Shown: positions 1-12,300 of the stretch, one piece after another
Layout: each line of letters starts with the position of its first letter
How positions within the stretch are numbered: the first letter of the stretch is position 1
From: Geosiphon pyriformis uo1
Taxonomy: Eukaryota > Fungi > Glomeromycota
Reading direction: 5' to 3'
NCBI GenBank assembly: GCA_016748015.1
Contig: JAAOMT010000098.1
Location: 201,635 to 265,634, forward strand
Length of the DNA stretch: 64,000 nucleotides
Translations under genes and position numbers: made by a program
Notes under the pieces: generated by a model
What the model was told of the DNA's origin: nothing
Database searches by the model: none
Seen by the model: the letters and a program-made list of their open reading frames with translations, nothing else

Positions 1-399
1 CATATTTTCTGTTGACAAAAAATTCCAAGTACCTATAAAATTTACTATATTTGGCAATAAAAATAGGCTAATCACTAATATACAAAGAAGTATTTACAAT
101 TTTTTAATTAATGAAAATTACTATTGTTTTATTATTGTTAATAGAAATATTATTAATTTTAAAAAACTTATTAACAATATTCAAAATATACTGTATTAAA
201 GTCTAATTGCTTTTTATCTAAATTGTATTATCAATAAAAGCATCAATTGTAAAAAAAGAAAATTTTTTTTATTGATATTTACTCTATTCATTTTTGCTAT
301 AAAATTAGTGTTGATTTTATATTTACATAAATATTTATGTCTTTTTATTTTATATAATAATAGATCATAAAAAATCTACCAAAAAAACAGGGAAAATAT

Positions 400-720
400 T
401 TTAACAAATTTATCAAAAATAAGTTTCGAATGTTTAGGGTTTTAATAATTGGGTTTTGAATAATTGAAGTTTTTAATTTAATGAGATTTAACAAATTTAT
501 CAATAGTAATTTTCAAATGTTTAGGATTTTAATGCTCAGGTTTTGAATAAATAAAGTTTTAATTTAATGAGTTTTTAATAAGTTTATTAATGATAATTTT
601 TAAATGTTCAGGGTTTTAATGATCAGGTTTTTAAATAATCAGAGTTTTAATTTAACGAGTTTTTAATGAGTTTATCAATAGTAATTTTTGAATAATTGGA
701 GTTTTAATTTATGAGTTTAT
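400..720 (-). repeat. 87-bp (29-codon) tandem repeat, ~3.5 copies, in the gag linker
   Basis: AATGTT(T/C)AGG recurs at 429, 516 and 603. Confidence 0.8.
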
Positions 721-1558
721 TAAAGGTAAGTTTTGTTGATTATTAATGTTGAGGTTTGGGTCATTCTGATTTTGTAAAGTTTGAATATTCAGGGTTTTAA
801 CTTTCAGGTTTTCTAAAATTGAATTTTTTTTATTATTTTCTTAATTACTATTTTTTTTTTCTTTAAAATTGGTTATTTCCCAAGGACTAATAATTCTAAA
901 ATCTGGTTGTAGTAGTGATAATCAAATTTCTAATGATATTGGGGATTGCAACTTAAATTTCTCAAAGTAATCACCATATGTTCTCAATAACTCTGCTTTT
1001 TTCTGTTTAGTAGTGTTGTCATGTTTGTGATAAATGTGCCTGTTAATATTATATTAATGGTGCTTTTGAACATGTGATAATATGACAGATTAGCAGGTAA
1101 ATTAACTTTTTGTTATTCAAGTGAATAATTGTATTTGCTTTAAAGTTCCTGTTAATATTTGCAATCTTTTTTTTTCTTTGTCAGCAAAAATGATGGGAAA
1201 TCTTTGTTTGGTGTATTTTTTTATTTTTTTATTTATTTCCATGATTAGTGGTACAAATAAATAATTCTGTGACAATGTAGTGCTTTGGAGTAGTTCACTG
1301 AAGAAATTATTGAAAGTAAATTCTGGATCTCTTTGGCCTTCCAAATAATATATTATTTTTTTGTTAACATAGCAATTAAAAGTTGATTCTGTTGGCCAAC
1401 TATTATTTATTAATCTAAAATGGGTGTAATAATGTTAAAATAAGGATTTTGTGAATCTCAAATGGTTTGTTCCTGTTTTTTTGGATTCTGCCACTGTTTC
1501 GGATGGGTGTTGTTGGTGTTAGTTTTCTGTTAGATTATACCTTACAAGGAACACTAAA

Positions 1559-2492
1559 TGTTACAGATAATTATTTGGAGTCTTAAAGCAAATAACAAAT
1601 CCATAACTTGGTGCTCAATTAATATAATAGTGTTGGTAATATCTGAAGGTTATTTGTATCTAAAGGTTTTGGTTGTTTGAAAGTTTTGGTTAAGTTCTTT
1701 GTATAATGAACAGAGATTCAATAGTTGTTTTTCAATAGCCTCTCAAAATTGTAATTTCATTAATTTTTTTTTTGGCTTGGTGGCTGGCAATCTTCTGGTA
1801 AGCAATTTATATTCTTTATGTATTCTATCCACTTGCAGGGGTCTTTTACTAGGCAATTCTTGATATCAATAATTCAGTGCTTAATCTTTAATCAATTAGT
1901 TAACAACAAAATAAAATAAAATAAAATAAAGAAAATAAAGAAATAAAGAAAATAAAATAAGAAATAAGTGTCCTGTCAATAGCCATAATTAAAAGCTATT
2001 GTGCTAGCAGGTTAAGTAGTAGATAATAACATGAATTTGAAGAATTGAAGAGATATTTTATTAATATAATTCCATTTTGGTTGATAGCAACTATGCTTGA
2101 AAGAAGAAGTATTTAATAATTATGATTTGCAAGTCTAATTAATTTTGAGAGTCTAATTGACTCTTAAAAGTCTAATTTTCTCTCTGGATGTCTTTCTAAC
2201 TTCTACAGCTACTCGTTTTTATACATTTTTTGTTCTACAGAATTGCTTCTGATTGCTTTGTTATTTCTGTTATTGTTTCATTTTTTTATGTTATTGCTAA
2301 TTATACTATGTTATAATACATTATTTAGTGTTATTACATATTATTCTGTGTTATCTCACATTATAACACATTATTCTGCATTATTCTAAGTTATAACGTG
2401 TTATCCAATATTATTGTGCACTATTTTGTGTTATGTCACATTTTGGTCATGTTTTTTTATAACTTTGAATCAGTTTTTCTATTCGGATAACA
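1559..2492 (-). repeat. 5' LTR (~934 bp): family-B-type U3 joined to family-A-type R/U5
   Basis: Minus-strand termini are TGTTATCC...CTGTAACA, followed by the PBS-like TTTAGTGTTCCTTGTAAGG. 2190-2492 matches 32000-32345, and 1559-1900 matches 18150-18477. Confidence 0.88.
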
Positions 2493-5062
2493 GTGACAAA
2501 AAATTTAAAAAAAGCATTTAAATTTTATTCAAAAACAGCAGATGTAGAATATGTAAATGCACAAAATAATCTTGCCTTTTGTTATGCTAATGAAGAAAAA
2601 ACAATGAGAAATTCAGAAAACAATTTGAATTTTTTTCAAAAGCAGCAAAGACAGAACATTTAGATGCACAATAAAATCTTGTACTTTGTTATGCTAATGG
2701 AAAAAAAATGATGAGAAATTCAAAAAAAGCATTTGAACTTTTTTCAAAAGCAGCAGAGGTGGGACATTTAAATACACAATACAATCTTGTAAGTTGTTAT
2801 AATAATGGAAAAAAAATGACAAAAAATTCAGAAAAAGCATTTAAACTTTATTCAAAAGCTACAGAGGTGGAACATTTAAATACACAATACAATCTTGTAC
2901 TTTGTTATTTAAATGGAAAAAAAATAACAAAAAATTCAGAAAAGCAATTGAACTTTATTTAAAAACTGCAGAGATAGAACATTTAGATACACAATACAAT
3001 CTTGTAATTTGTTATGCTAATAGAAGTGGAATGACAAAAGATTCAAAAAAAGCATTTGAACTTTATTCAAAAACAGCAGAGATAAGATATTTAGATGCAG
3101 AATACAATCATGCAGTTTGTTATTTTAATAGAAAAGGAATGAAAAAAAATTCAGAAAAAGCATTTGAACTTTATTTAAAAGCAGCAAAGATGGAAGATTT
3201 ACTTGAACAAATCACTCTTAAAGCATATTATCAAAATCAATTAGAAATAACAAAAGATTTGGAAAAAGTGAGAAATTCAAGTCTATAAACCAGTATTAGA
3301 ATGTATCATCAAAAGGAATAGAAAATAGTGAAAAATTTAGAAGAAACATTTCAATTTTATTTAAAAACAGCAGAGATGAGAAATTAAAATACACAATATA
3401 ACTTTGAATGGTGTTATCAAAATAGATGAGGAACTACAAAAAACATTCAAAAAGCATTTGAACTCTATTTAAAAGCAGCAGAAGCAAATAACCTGTGTTA
3501 TCAAAATAATTTTCTTGATTTGAATGTCTATGATCTTTCTTTAAAAGACCAAAACAATCTGGAATATATTATTTTATGATTCCAAAATTGAGGCTTTAAA
3601 TACCATAATAATTTAAAAAGAGAATTTTTAAATTTTGAAGCCTTTTTTAACCAGTTTTCAGATAAATTCAAGTGTTTTAAATGTGGCAGCTTGAATATGA
3701 TTATTAATAAATCTTTTATATATTTATTTTATAATACTGATAAAAAGAATAATATCTTTAAAGTCAGATTGCTGAAATGTTTAGAATGTTATAAAACATT
3801 AAAAGATCTGTTTTGGTGTAAATCTTGTGAATATTCACAATTTTACAAAATTTAGGGAAAATAGAATAGTAGAAATAATAATATTAATAGTTATATTGCA
3901 TATATACAATGCTTTTCTAAAAACTGCAAAGGCCACCTAGAATAGATTTCTCCTAATAAGATTAAATTTTTAGATAAAATAGAAGAGAAAAAATTTGGTA
4001 TTGTTAAAAAAAACAGTTGAAAAAAAAGCAAAATTTTATTTTGAGAAAAGAAAAGTCAAAGTCTGAACAAACTGAGATTACAAAAATTGCCTTAAAATAT
4101 TTCAAAAATAGTCAAAATATAAAATATATTAATTCAGATAAGATATTTTATTTTAAGAATCTATGTGATTTTTATTATCTTTTTCTAAATATAAAACTAT
4201 ATTTGTGTAGTTTATTGTGTATCATCAAAGTGTCACTTGCAAATACATCCTTGAATGCTATAAGATTACAAAAGATATTACAACCAATGAATATATTATG
4301 GTTTTATTATTTGTAGAACACGAGAATTTTAAAGCTTTTCTCAAGTTAAACAAAAATATTCTTATTTGGGACATGTTTCTTCATATTCTTTTTCAAATTG
4401 CTAGTGGCCTACAATTTATCTATGAATCAAAACTGGTGTATAGGAACTTGTATCCTGGAAATATCTTTGTTTTGAAAACAAATGTCTTAAAAGTTGTCAT
4501 TTTTGATCTTGGATTTTATTGTTCTGCAAATTACATTCCACAGTCTGAGAAAATTTATGGTGTTTTTGAGTATCTTGCATCTGAAATTTGCAAGGAGAGT
4601 TATCATACTAAATATAACAATATATATAGCTTTGCTATTATTTTATATGAAATTATATCAGGAGAAAGATCTTTGAATAATACATATCTTATTTATATAT
4701 GCTTTGATGTGATTGATAGAAAATGCTCTATATTCAAACAACATACATCTCAATGTATTTGGAAAATAATTAAAAAAAATTGGAAATATAATCTGTATTG
4801 TTATGATAATACAGAACAGCTTCAACAAAGTGTTATTGATGCTTGTGATTATTGTAACTTAAATTAACCTATACATGAAAAAATACTTCAATTTGAAGAG
4901 ACATAAGATGCTATTTAAGATAAAACAAAATATAAAAGCCTGTTAATTTCAAAATCTAAATTTTCTACAAATGGTAAGTGTTTTATTTATTATATTTATT
5001 ATTTAAAAACTTGAATTTAAACACCTTTTTTTAGAGTTGGATTTGGATTTGGGAATTGATTA
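2493..5062 (+). pseudogene. Sel1-repeat plus tyrosine-kinase-like protein kinase pseudogene, 5' end cut by the LTR
   Basis: About nine 36-aa Sel1 repeats (AFELYSKAAE..HL.AQYNL..CY.NG..MTKNSEK) at 2493-3500, CxxC..WCxxC linker at ~3670-3830, and kinase motifs YRNLYPGN (HRD loop), DLG, YLASE, IYSFAIILYEIISG at 4217-4867. Probable introns at ~4140-4210 and ~4974-5034. Many TAA/TAG/TGA stops and frameshifts. Confidence 0.88.
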
Positions 5063-5485
5063 AATTAGTAATAATAGATTAATATGTTTGCATTCTTATT
5101 AAACCAATAAAATTAGAAAGTATTTTAATAATGAAACAGATAAAAATTTTGAGAGGGAATTGGTTTTTTATTTATATTTAGCTTTATATATAATATAGAC
5201 TATTATGTATAGTTTTATTTTTAAAAAAAGTTTTATCTTTATTTTCAAATATGAAAATTATTGACTATAAAGCATTTTTTTTTCAAATATTTTATATATA
5301 AATATGTTTGATAAAAAATTTAATATTTTGGATAAACTAATAGATTTTGCTTCTGTAAACTTCAATCTATAAATTTTATTTTTCAAAATATTTGTAAACT
5401 TATAACATTATGCTTTTATTCATAAAGTTGGAAATATTTTTATCATTAATTAAATAAATAAGAATAAATATGAACTTTATCATAT

Positions 5486-6094
5486 TTTTATGGTTAAATC
5501 TTTTACTATTTAGCTTTTTATTATTTATTTAATTATAGTTAGTCATATGTATTAGCCACTAATGTCCTTAGTTAGCTATCCTATTTTTAGAAATAGTCAT
5601 TAACTTAATCATTGACTAAATTATTGATGTAATTATTGATATAAGCAAGACTTTGCAAAGCTATAGAAAAAACATTTATACTTAAATCTATACTTTCAAA
5701 TTAATACAATAATATTAACTCTTTATTTCTTTTTCACTATTTTTTTTCTCTTTTCTTTTTTTGATTTGTATAATTATTAGTTTTTATAAAATATATTGAA
5801 TAAAACATTTACTAAAAAATACAACTAATATCTAATATTAAATTCTAAAAATACGGATTTAAGACATAGAATTATATCAGTATGTTATCTTTTGTTAACA
5901 GTACAAATTATTCAAATTCTATTGTTACTTTTGAAAAAAATAACAATTAAAATATTTATAAAACTGATCTTGTATATTGAATTCTTACTAATTTAATTCA
6001 CTCATTAAAGTTGAATTACACTTTTATTAATTTTATCTCTATACAATATTATTCTTTTTTGCTATTTGTTAATGTGTTAAATCTTACTATAACA
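5486..6094 (+). repeat. Solo LTR, family D-like
   Basis: TTTTATGG...CTATAACA flanked by ATAT/ATAT. Internal similarity to 27466-28128 (ATTAGCCACT.ATGTC, CTATTTTTAG, TTTGTTAACAGTA). Confidence 0.75.
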
Positions 6095-8912
6095 ATATAA
6101 TGATTAAGAATTGGTTTAGTCTATTCAAATTTATAAACCAAATTATATTGAAATAAGACATAAAATAATTAATATTTTATTTTGATATCATCCAAAAATC
6201 TTAGACTTAATAAATTTCTTAAAAACAACACAAATTACATAGTATTTATAATCTAATTGAATTAATTAATTAATTAGTGACCACTTTTATATTAAAGTAT
6301 TGTCATATTAAATATTAAAATATTAAGATTGAATAGAAAAAAAGAATGAATATGTTTTTGTTATATTTTTATAATTCATTAAATCTTATTAATTTTATTT
6401 AAATAGATACTGAGTAGGATATTTTATTTTTTGAAATTAATTTTTTTCTTTGTAGCAGTTAAATTCAATTGGAATTAAAACACAAAGATAATTGATTTAT
6501 AAATATTTCTTTAATTTATATTATTTTTTAGTGGCCAAATTACTTTAACTATTATAATTCTTGCTTTTCATTAAAATATTTCATCTGTTATTTAAAATAT
6601 GTTATTTATTACTGAGAACTATTTGCTTCTTATTCAAAATATTTGTTGCTTCATATTTTAAAACATCTTTCTGTAGATTCAATAAGCACTGAACCAAATT
6701 TGGGTTAAGTGAATTTTGAAATTAATTAAATTGAAGTATTTTTTTACATAGGAATTAATTGTCTTTAATCATAAACAAGAAAATTATTTTGTTGTAAATT
6801 TCAGAAAAAATAATCTAAAATTTCTAAATTTAACCTTGGTTATATTTTGATTTAATTTGAAAAGATCTAAAAATTTAAATAATATCGAATTCTAAATGCA
6901 GCAGCAAATGATATTGAAGCTATTTAAATAAAAAAGTCTCATTTAACATTTATGCTAGGAATGTTTTAATAGTTTAGAACACTTTGTTAGGTTAAAGGTA
7001 GAAGAAAACAAAAAACTTTAAGGATTAAGCAAAATCTGGCTGAAATCAAATCACAACTTTGAAACAAGATGCCAAAATTGTATAGTTTACAAAAAAAAAA
7101 TTCATTTAACCACCACTAATATACAATGGGAAATAAAAAAATAGTGTAGACACAATTCAATAATATTTACCTAAAAATATAATACTACACTTTCTAACCT
7201 TTTTACTCATTGACAAACATAAAAAAACGTTTTGAGTGGACTAAAAAATCATAGAAATTTTGACTAAAATTGAGTTAATTAGTATCAGAGTATATTTTAT
7301 GCTTTTAAATAAAATTTATTTATTTATTTTACCATGTACCAAGTTATTAAGTATTACTTATTTTTGCAGCAAACTGTAAATATTATTTCCCAAAAAATAA
7401 ATTTTTTTGATTTTAACTAATGTTAAAACTCCTTTTTAGGAAGAATTGTATACTTTTTAAAGTAATATTACATAATTATTCTTTCAGAATCTTTTATTGG
7501 AAGGAAACATAAAAATACATTTTTTAAAAAATTATAGCTAATAAGTTTAGAAATAGCTTTGAATAATATTTTATTCAAAACACATGTGCATTAAGAACCT
7601 ATACATAATTTAAAAAATGTTAAATTTATAAATTTTATTATCTGTAAAAAATGAGCTAATCTTTGAAATTAATAAGCATAAATGACAAAAATATCAAAAT
7701 ATTAATACATTTTATAGGAACAAAAATTTAATGCAAAAACAATTTAACACAAACTATTAAAATAAATGAATATATGCATATGTTATAGCATTGCTATTAT
7801 CTTGAATTTTTCAAGATTAAAAAACCACAAAAAATTATAACTTGGGCTTTGAAAAATTTACTTTAAGGTTTATGTAAAAATTAATTTTGTTAAAGAGGAA
7901 AAATGACTCAATATGTTCAATAATCTTAAATGTATTAGAATTGTTCTAAATATCTATGAAATTTTAATTCAAGGATATAATAATCGAAAAACAATATAAT
8001 TTTGAAGAAGAAAAAATAAAAAATATTGATATTAAATTATTCATATATATCCTATACAACAGAATAAAAGAATTTAGAAAATACAAAAATAATTTCTTAT
8101 TAATATAGCTTAAAGATTTAAATGCATAAATATAGCATACATAGAATTGCAAACTTTTAAATATATAGATAATGTGGTTATTAAAAAATATTATATTATT
8201 AAAATTTATTTCTAAATTTAATAAAAGAAAAAAAAAGAGTTTTTATAATTATTTGTAATATTTTTTACACATGGGTATAAATTATGAAGATTTTTTTTTA
8301 AATTAGGATAGATACATTAAAAATTTTCTTTTGATGTGTAAAAATGATAAATTATTGACTTTGGGCTTTATATGTTTTTTAATAATTAGAAAAAAAAGGG
8401 AATGGCTGGTTGGAACATATAAAATAGTTTTTGGATGGTAATATCACCAAAAAAATATGTGGTATAGATAATAATATGTCCAGTTTATTAGTAATTAATT
8501 GAATTAACATTAGATTTTTTGAAGAATTTGAACTAGTTTTTAATAAGTTGTGAATTTGTAGAGGTAAAAAACACCATAAATGTTAATAGTTTTCAATATT
8601 TATAATAATAGTTTAGACTGCTTTTTGTGCTAGCTGATAATTTTTATTTAATAACACAACTGTTAAATAATAGAGATTTTATTGATTTTCTGAACATGAA
8701 TCATTTGAAACAATCTTGTTTGATACTTATTACTGTTTTTGAATTTATTGCACTTTCTTAAAACAAATGTTGAAGTTTTTATTTAGATAACTTTTTCATA
8801 ATTGGTAAGAATTGAAAGCCATAGAAATAACATTAAAAGTTCAAACTATTTAATCATAACTTTTTTAATAAATTCCAAAATAATAGTTTATCAACTTTTG
8901 AAAAATTAACAT

Positions 8913-9529
8913 TGTTATTCTTAGAATATAAAAAGTATATTAGCATATAAATTGGCCAATCAGAAATAGATATAGTGAATGTAGAATTCCAGAATTCTTC
9001 TTAGAAAAATTGCAAGATTCCAGAATTCCAAAATTTTTCTTAAAAGAATTGCAGAATTTCAAGAATTCCAGGATTCCTGGTGTAAAAAATTAAGGAATTA
9101 AAGAATCTTAATCATGACTATTGATGAGATACTAACATTTATTGCCTTAGTTTATTTCTTTTTTTTCTTTTATTTTTTTTTTCTTTTGTTATTTCTTGTT
9201 GTTAACTAATTGATTAAAGATTAAAGCACTGAGTTATTGACATCAAAGATTGTCTGGTAAAAAACCCCTGCAAATGGGTAGAACATGTAAAAAATATGGA
9301 TTGCTTACCAGAAAATTGTCGGCCATCAAGCCAAAAAAAAATTTGATAGAATTGCAATTTTAGGAGACTATGGAAAACAACCATTGAATCTCTGTTTATT
9401 ATACAAAAAACTCAACCAAAACCTTCAGATACAAACAACTTTCAAATATTATCACTATTATTATATTAATTGAGTACCAAGTTATGGGTTTGTTATTTGA
9501 TTTAAGACCTCAAATAATCATTTGTAATA
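8913..9529 (+). repeat. A1 5' LTR (internally deleted)
   Basis: TGTTATTCTTAGAAT...TTTGTAATA, homologous to 17715-18477 but lacking ~190 bp around the TATA-like segment. Confidence 0.92.
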
Positions 9530-11700
9530 TTTGGTGCTTCTTATGAGGTATAATTTTAAAAAAAACCAGCACTAACACACAACTATTCAAAAGTAACAAA
9601 ACCAAAAAGAATAGAAACAAATCATTTAAGATTCACCAAATCCTTGTTTCAATATTACTGTTAATACTTGGGATTAACTAACAATTACTTATTAGCAAAA
9701 TCAGTCTTCAATTTCTATGTCAATAAAAGAATATCATATTTGCTAAGAATACCAGTAGAAACCGACTCAGCAAGAAAAAATTTTTACAACAAATTAATTC
9801 AAAATACCAGCCTATTAGCAAATCATAATTTCACAGTAATCTTTATAGAAATTAATAAAGAAATCGAATATCACATCCAACAAAGATACCCAATCACTTA
9901 TGCAAACAAAGACAAAAAAAAACTACAAACACCAGCAGTAACATCTCAAAGAATACAACCACTCATTTAAAAAAAAACAAGACTTGAGTTATCAATAAAT
10001 CTATCATATTATTATATATCTGGAAGCATCATCAACATCTTATCAGCAGGTGTGTCCACACCAAACATGAAAACATTATTGGTCTGAATACTCTTCAAAG
10101 TAAACAATCAAAAGTTGACTTATTAGAAACTTACAGCAAATATTTTGAGGAATTAAATCTCGATCACCAATGCTATCAAGATTTTGATTACTGCCATCTT
10201 CACCAAATTTTGGAACCATAAGTCCCTAGAAAGTAAATAAATCAGAAAAAGAGAAAGATAACAATTGAGAATTTAATTATCAAAACCTGATTATAAAAAA
10301 CCTGGAAATTGAAACTCCAAATCTTCAAACTCTGTTAAATCAGAACAATCCCAACTCCAACATAATTAATCAACCATACTTATCTCCAATAATTGTAATT
10401 AATCAGCCACTAATTGAACTGATTGTCAAACTGATTTAACAGCTGCAAGTACTCCTTCAACAACAACCACAACAATCATTTCAATAACTATTACAACAAC
10501 AACCAATGATTTATGCTCCAATTGTCAAAATAGAAAAATTTACCAGTGAAGAAAACAATGCCCAAATGTGGCTGAATAATATGAAAAAAGCTATTACAGC
10601 CAATAGTTGGAATGATGCTAGAGCACTTCAAGCCATTGCATATTTTTTCCAGAATACTACCAACTCATAGTATTAAAGCTTGGCCAACAAACCTCAGGAT
10701 TTCAACAAATTTAAGCTTGAATTTCTACAATATTTTAGCAACAATAATAGTATTAATTGTCTAGCCAATACTTTTACCACCATCAAACAAGGAGAAACTG
10801 AAGCAGTTATTACTTACTTAAGATGCTTTTACAAGAATCTGCACCAAATCCAGGCCATAAAAGCCAATTATTTTACAGTGTTACAAATTTTAAATCAATT
10901 TATCAGAAGTCTGTACAGTAGTATTCTCCAATGCATACATCTATTACACTTAACAAATTTTTAAGCAGTAGTCACTTACACTAGAGATTTTGAAGCTGCC
11001 AAACTCGAAGCCAACTATACTCAAGCCATAAATCTAGTAATAAATGGATCATCTGACTTGAATTCCAAATTAAAGCAGTTTAGTAACTCAATCAATCAGA
11101 AATTAGAGGGATACTTAACTAATAATCAAGTCATTTATTAATCTTTACAACAACATAATAATTCAAGAAACTCAAATTGTTTCCAAAATCAGACACATCT
11201 ATTAATACCAACCAATTAATCAGAGCAAACAGAAACATATGTTTGCTATAATTATGATAAACAAGATCACATTAAAGTTAACTGCCAAATTTATAGCAAT
11301 ATTTTATGATCAGAAAATCAATATTAAAACCCTGATTGCAGGTTTCAAATTCCAAATTATCAATCAAATCCAAAACCATATCAACTGAATTATTTATCTA
11401 TGATGCAGCAGTCAATTTATCAACCACCAATGTATTAATCTTCAGTACCCATAGTTTATCAACCACAGCCACAACTTATCTATCAGCTGCAGCCCCAAGT
11501 AATCTATTAGTTCCAACAAATTCAAATACCACCATCCAACTCAACTTAATTAATCATGGGAACTCAAAGACCAAGAGTCATTTATACTCAACAAAACTGG
11601 AAATTGGCAATGGTTATGTATCAACTAATCTCTAGTTCCTCAACTCAATTCTCAGAATTATAATAGTGAAGTTCAGAAACAGAATATATTCAAACTCTGA
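9530..11700 (+). pseudogene. gag: A1 gag (long N-terminal extension, Q/P-rich linker, retrotransposon gag core, CCHC knuckle)
   Basis: M(A)YAPIVKIEKFTSEE..WLNN.KKAITANSWND; ORF 10680-10964 KPQDFNKFKLEFLQYF..IKQGETE; knuckle C-YN-(C)-DKQD-H-IKVN-C at 11244-11285. Confidence 0.9.
9532..9548 (+). promoter_or_regulatory. Primer-binding site, tRNA-Ile(UAU)-like
   Basis: TGGTGCTTCTTATGAGG 2 nt after the LTR. Copies at 1540-1556, 28369-28385 and 53991-54007 give a consensus near TGGTGCTYCYTGTGAGG. Confidence 0.65.
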
Positions 11701-11756
11701 ATTCTCAGAACTATTTAAGTCTTCTAATTACCCCAGAAAATATTACATTCAACAAC

Positions 11757-12300
11757 TTGGAAGCCAAAAAAAAACAGCCACTTACTAACAACATACTGCC
11801 AGCAACCATTATTGAAGACAAATCACTTACTGCCATCTTTCTTTTTAAACTCAAGGAACCAGTTAAAATACCACTATTTAGTAGAGCCACCCTAGAATTA
11901 AAACCTATCACTACAATATACACAAATACTAAAGTTGATAAGCAGCCCATTAAACTGATCCTAAACAGTAGATCAGCTGGCAGTATTATCACATAACAAC
12001 TCATAGATTAATTAAGTTGCTGAGTTGATTGTACTACCAATATATGAATAATTATTACTAATGGAACAATAAAGACTCTAATAAGCAAAATTGACAACTT
12101 CTCTTTTGAAGTCAGTGGCATTATTGTACCAATTAAAGTTCTTGTTATGGAAGCTACCGAGTACCAAGCACTAGTCAGTAATAATTGACTGTCCAAAACC
12201 AATACTGTGCTTAACTGGAACACTTAGAAACTACAACTCAGTCAAAATAAACAATACATGCAAGTACCAGTAATATGTGAATATTTCAAGACCACCACCA
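11757..12300 (+). pseudogene. A1 aspartic protease
   Basis: KLILNSRSAGSII (decayed DSGS; A2 copy reads ILDSRLAGSII) ... VLVMEATEYQALVSNN(W)L. Confidence 0.85.

Larger units (their letters stand above)
1..2492 (-). mobile_element. 5' part of a lineage-A Ty3/Gypsy element (5' LTR, PBS, decayed gag), running off the left edge; inserted into the Sel1-kinase gene
   Basis: The minus strand after 1559 reads HLVFLVRYNLTEN..VAESKKTGTNHLRFTKSL. ORF 1117-1344 (ELLQSTTL..IMEINKKIKKYTKQRFPIIFADK..RLQ) matches gag of A1 (9668-9970). Confidence 0.9.

Noticed and set aside
6100-8912. Possible host gene remnants, including ORF 7964-8152
   Set aside because: No recognisable motif; composition-driven ORFs.
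9129-9150. TACTAAC branch point plus TAG acceptor in the LTR
   Set aside because: Other copies read TTGG at the acceptor, so the AG is probably a G>A mutation.
11336-11635. Ser/Thr-rich ORF as evidence of a gag-pol frameshift
   Set aside because: It is the shifted frame of the Q/P-rich linker; gag reads directly into the protease frame.
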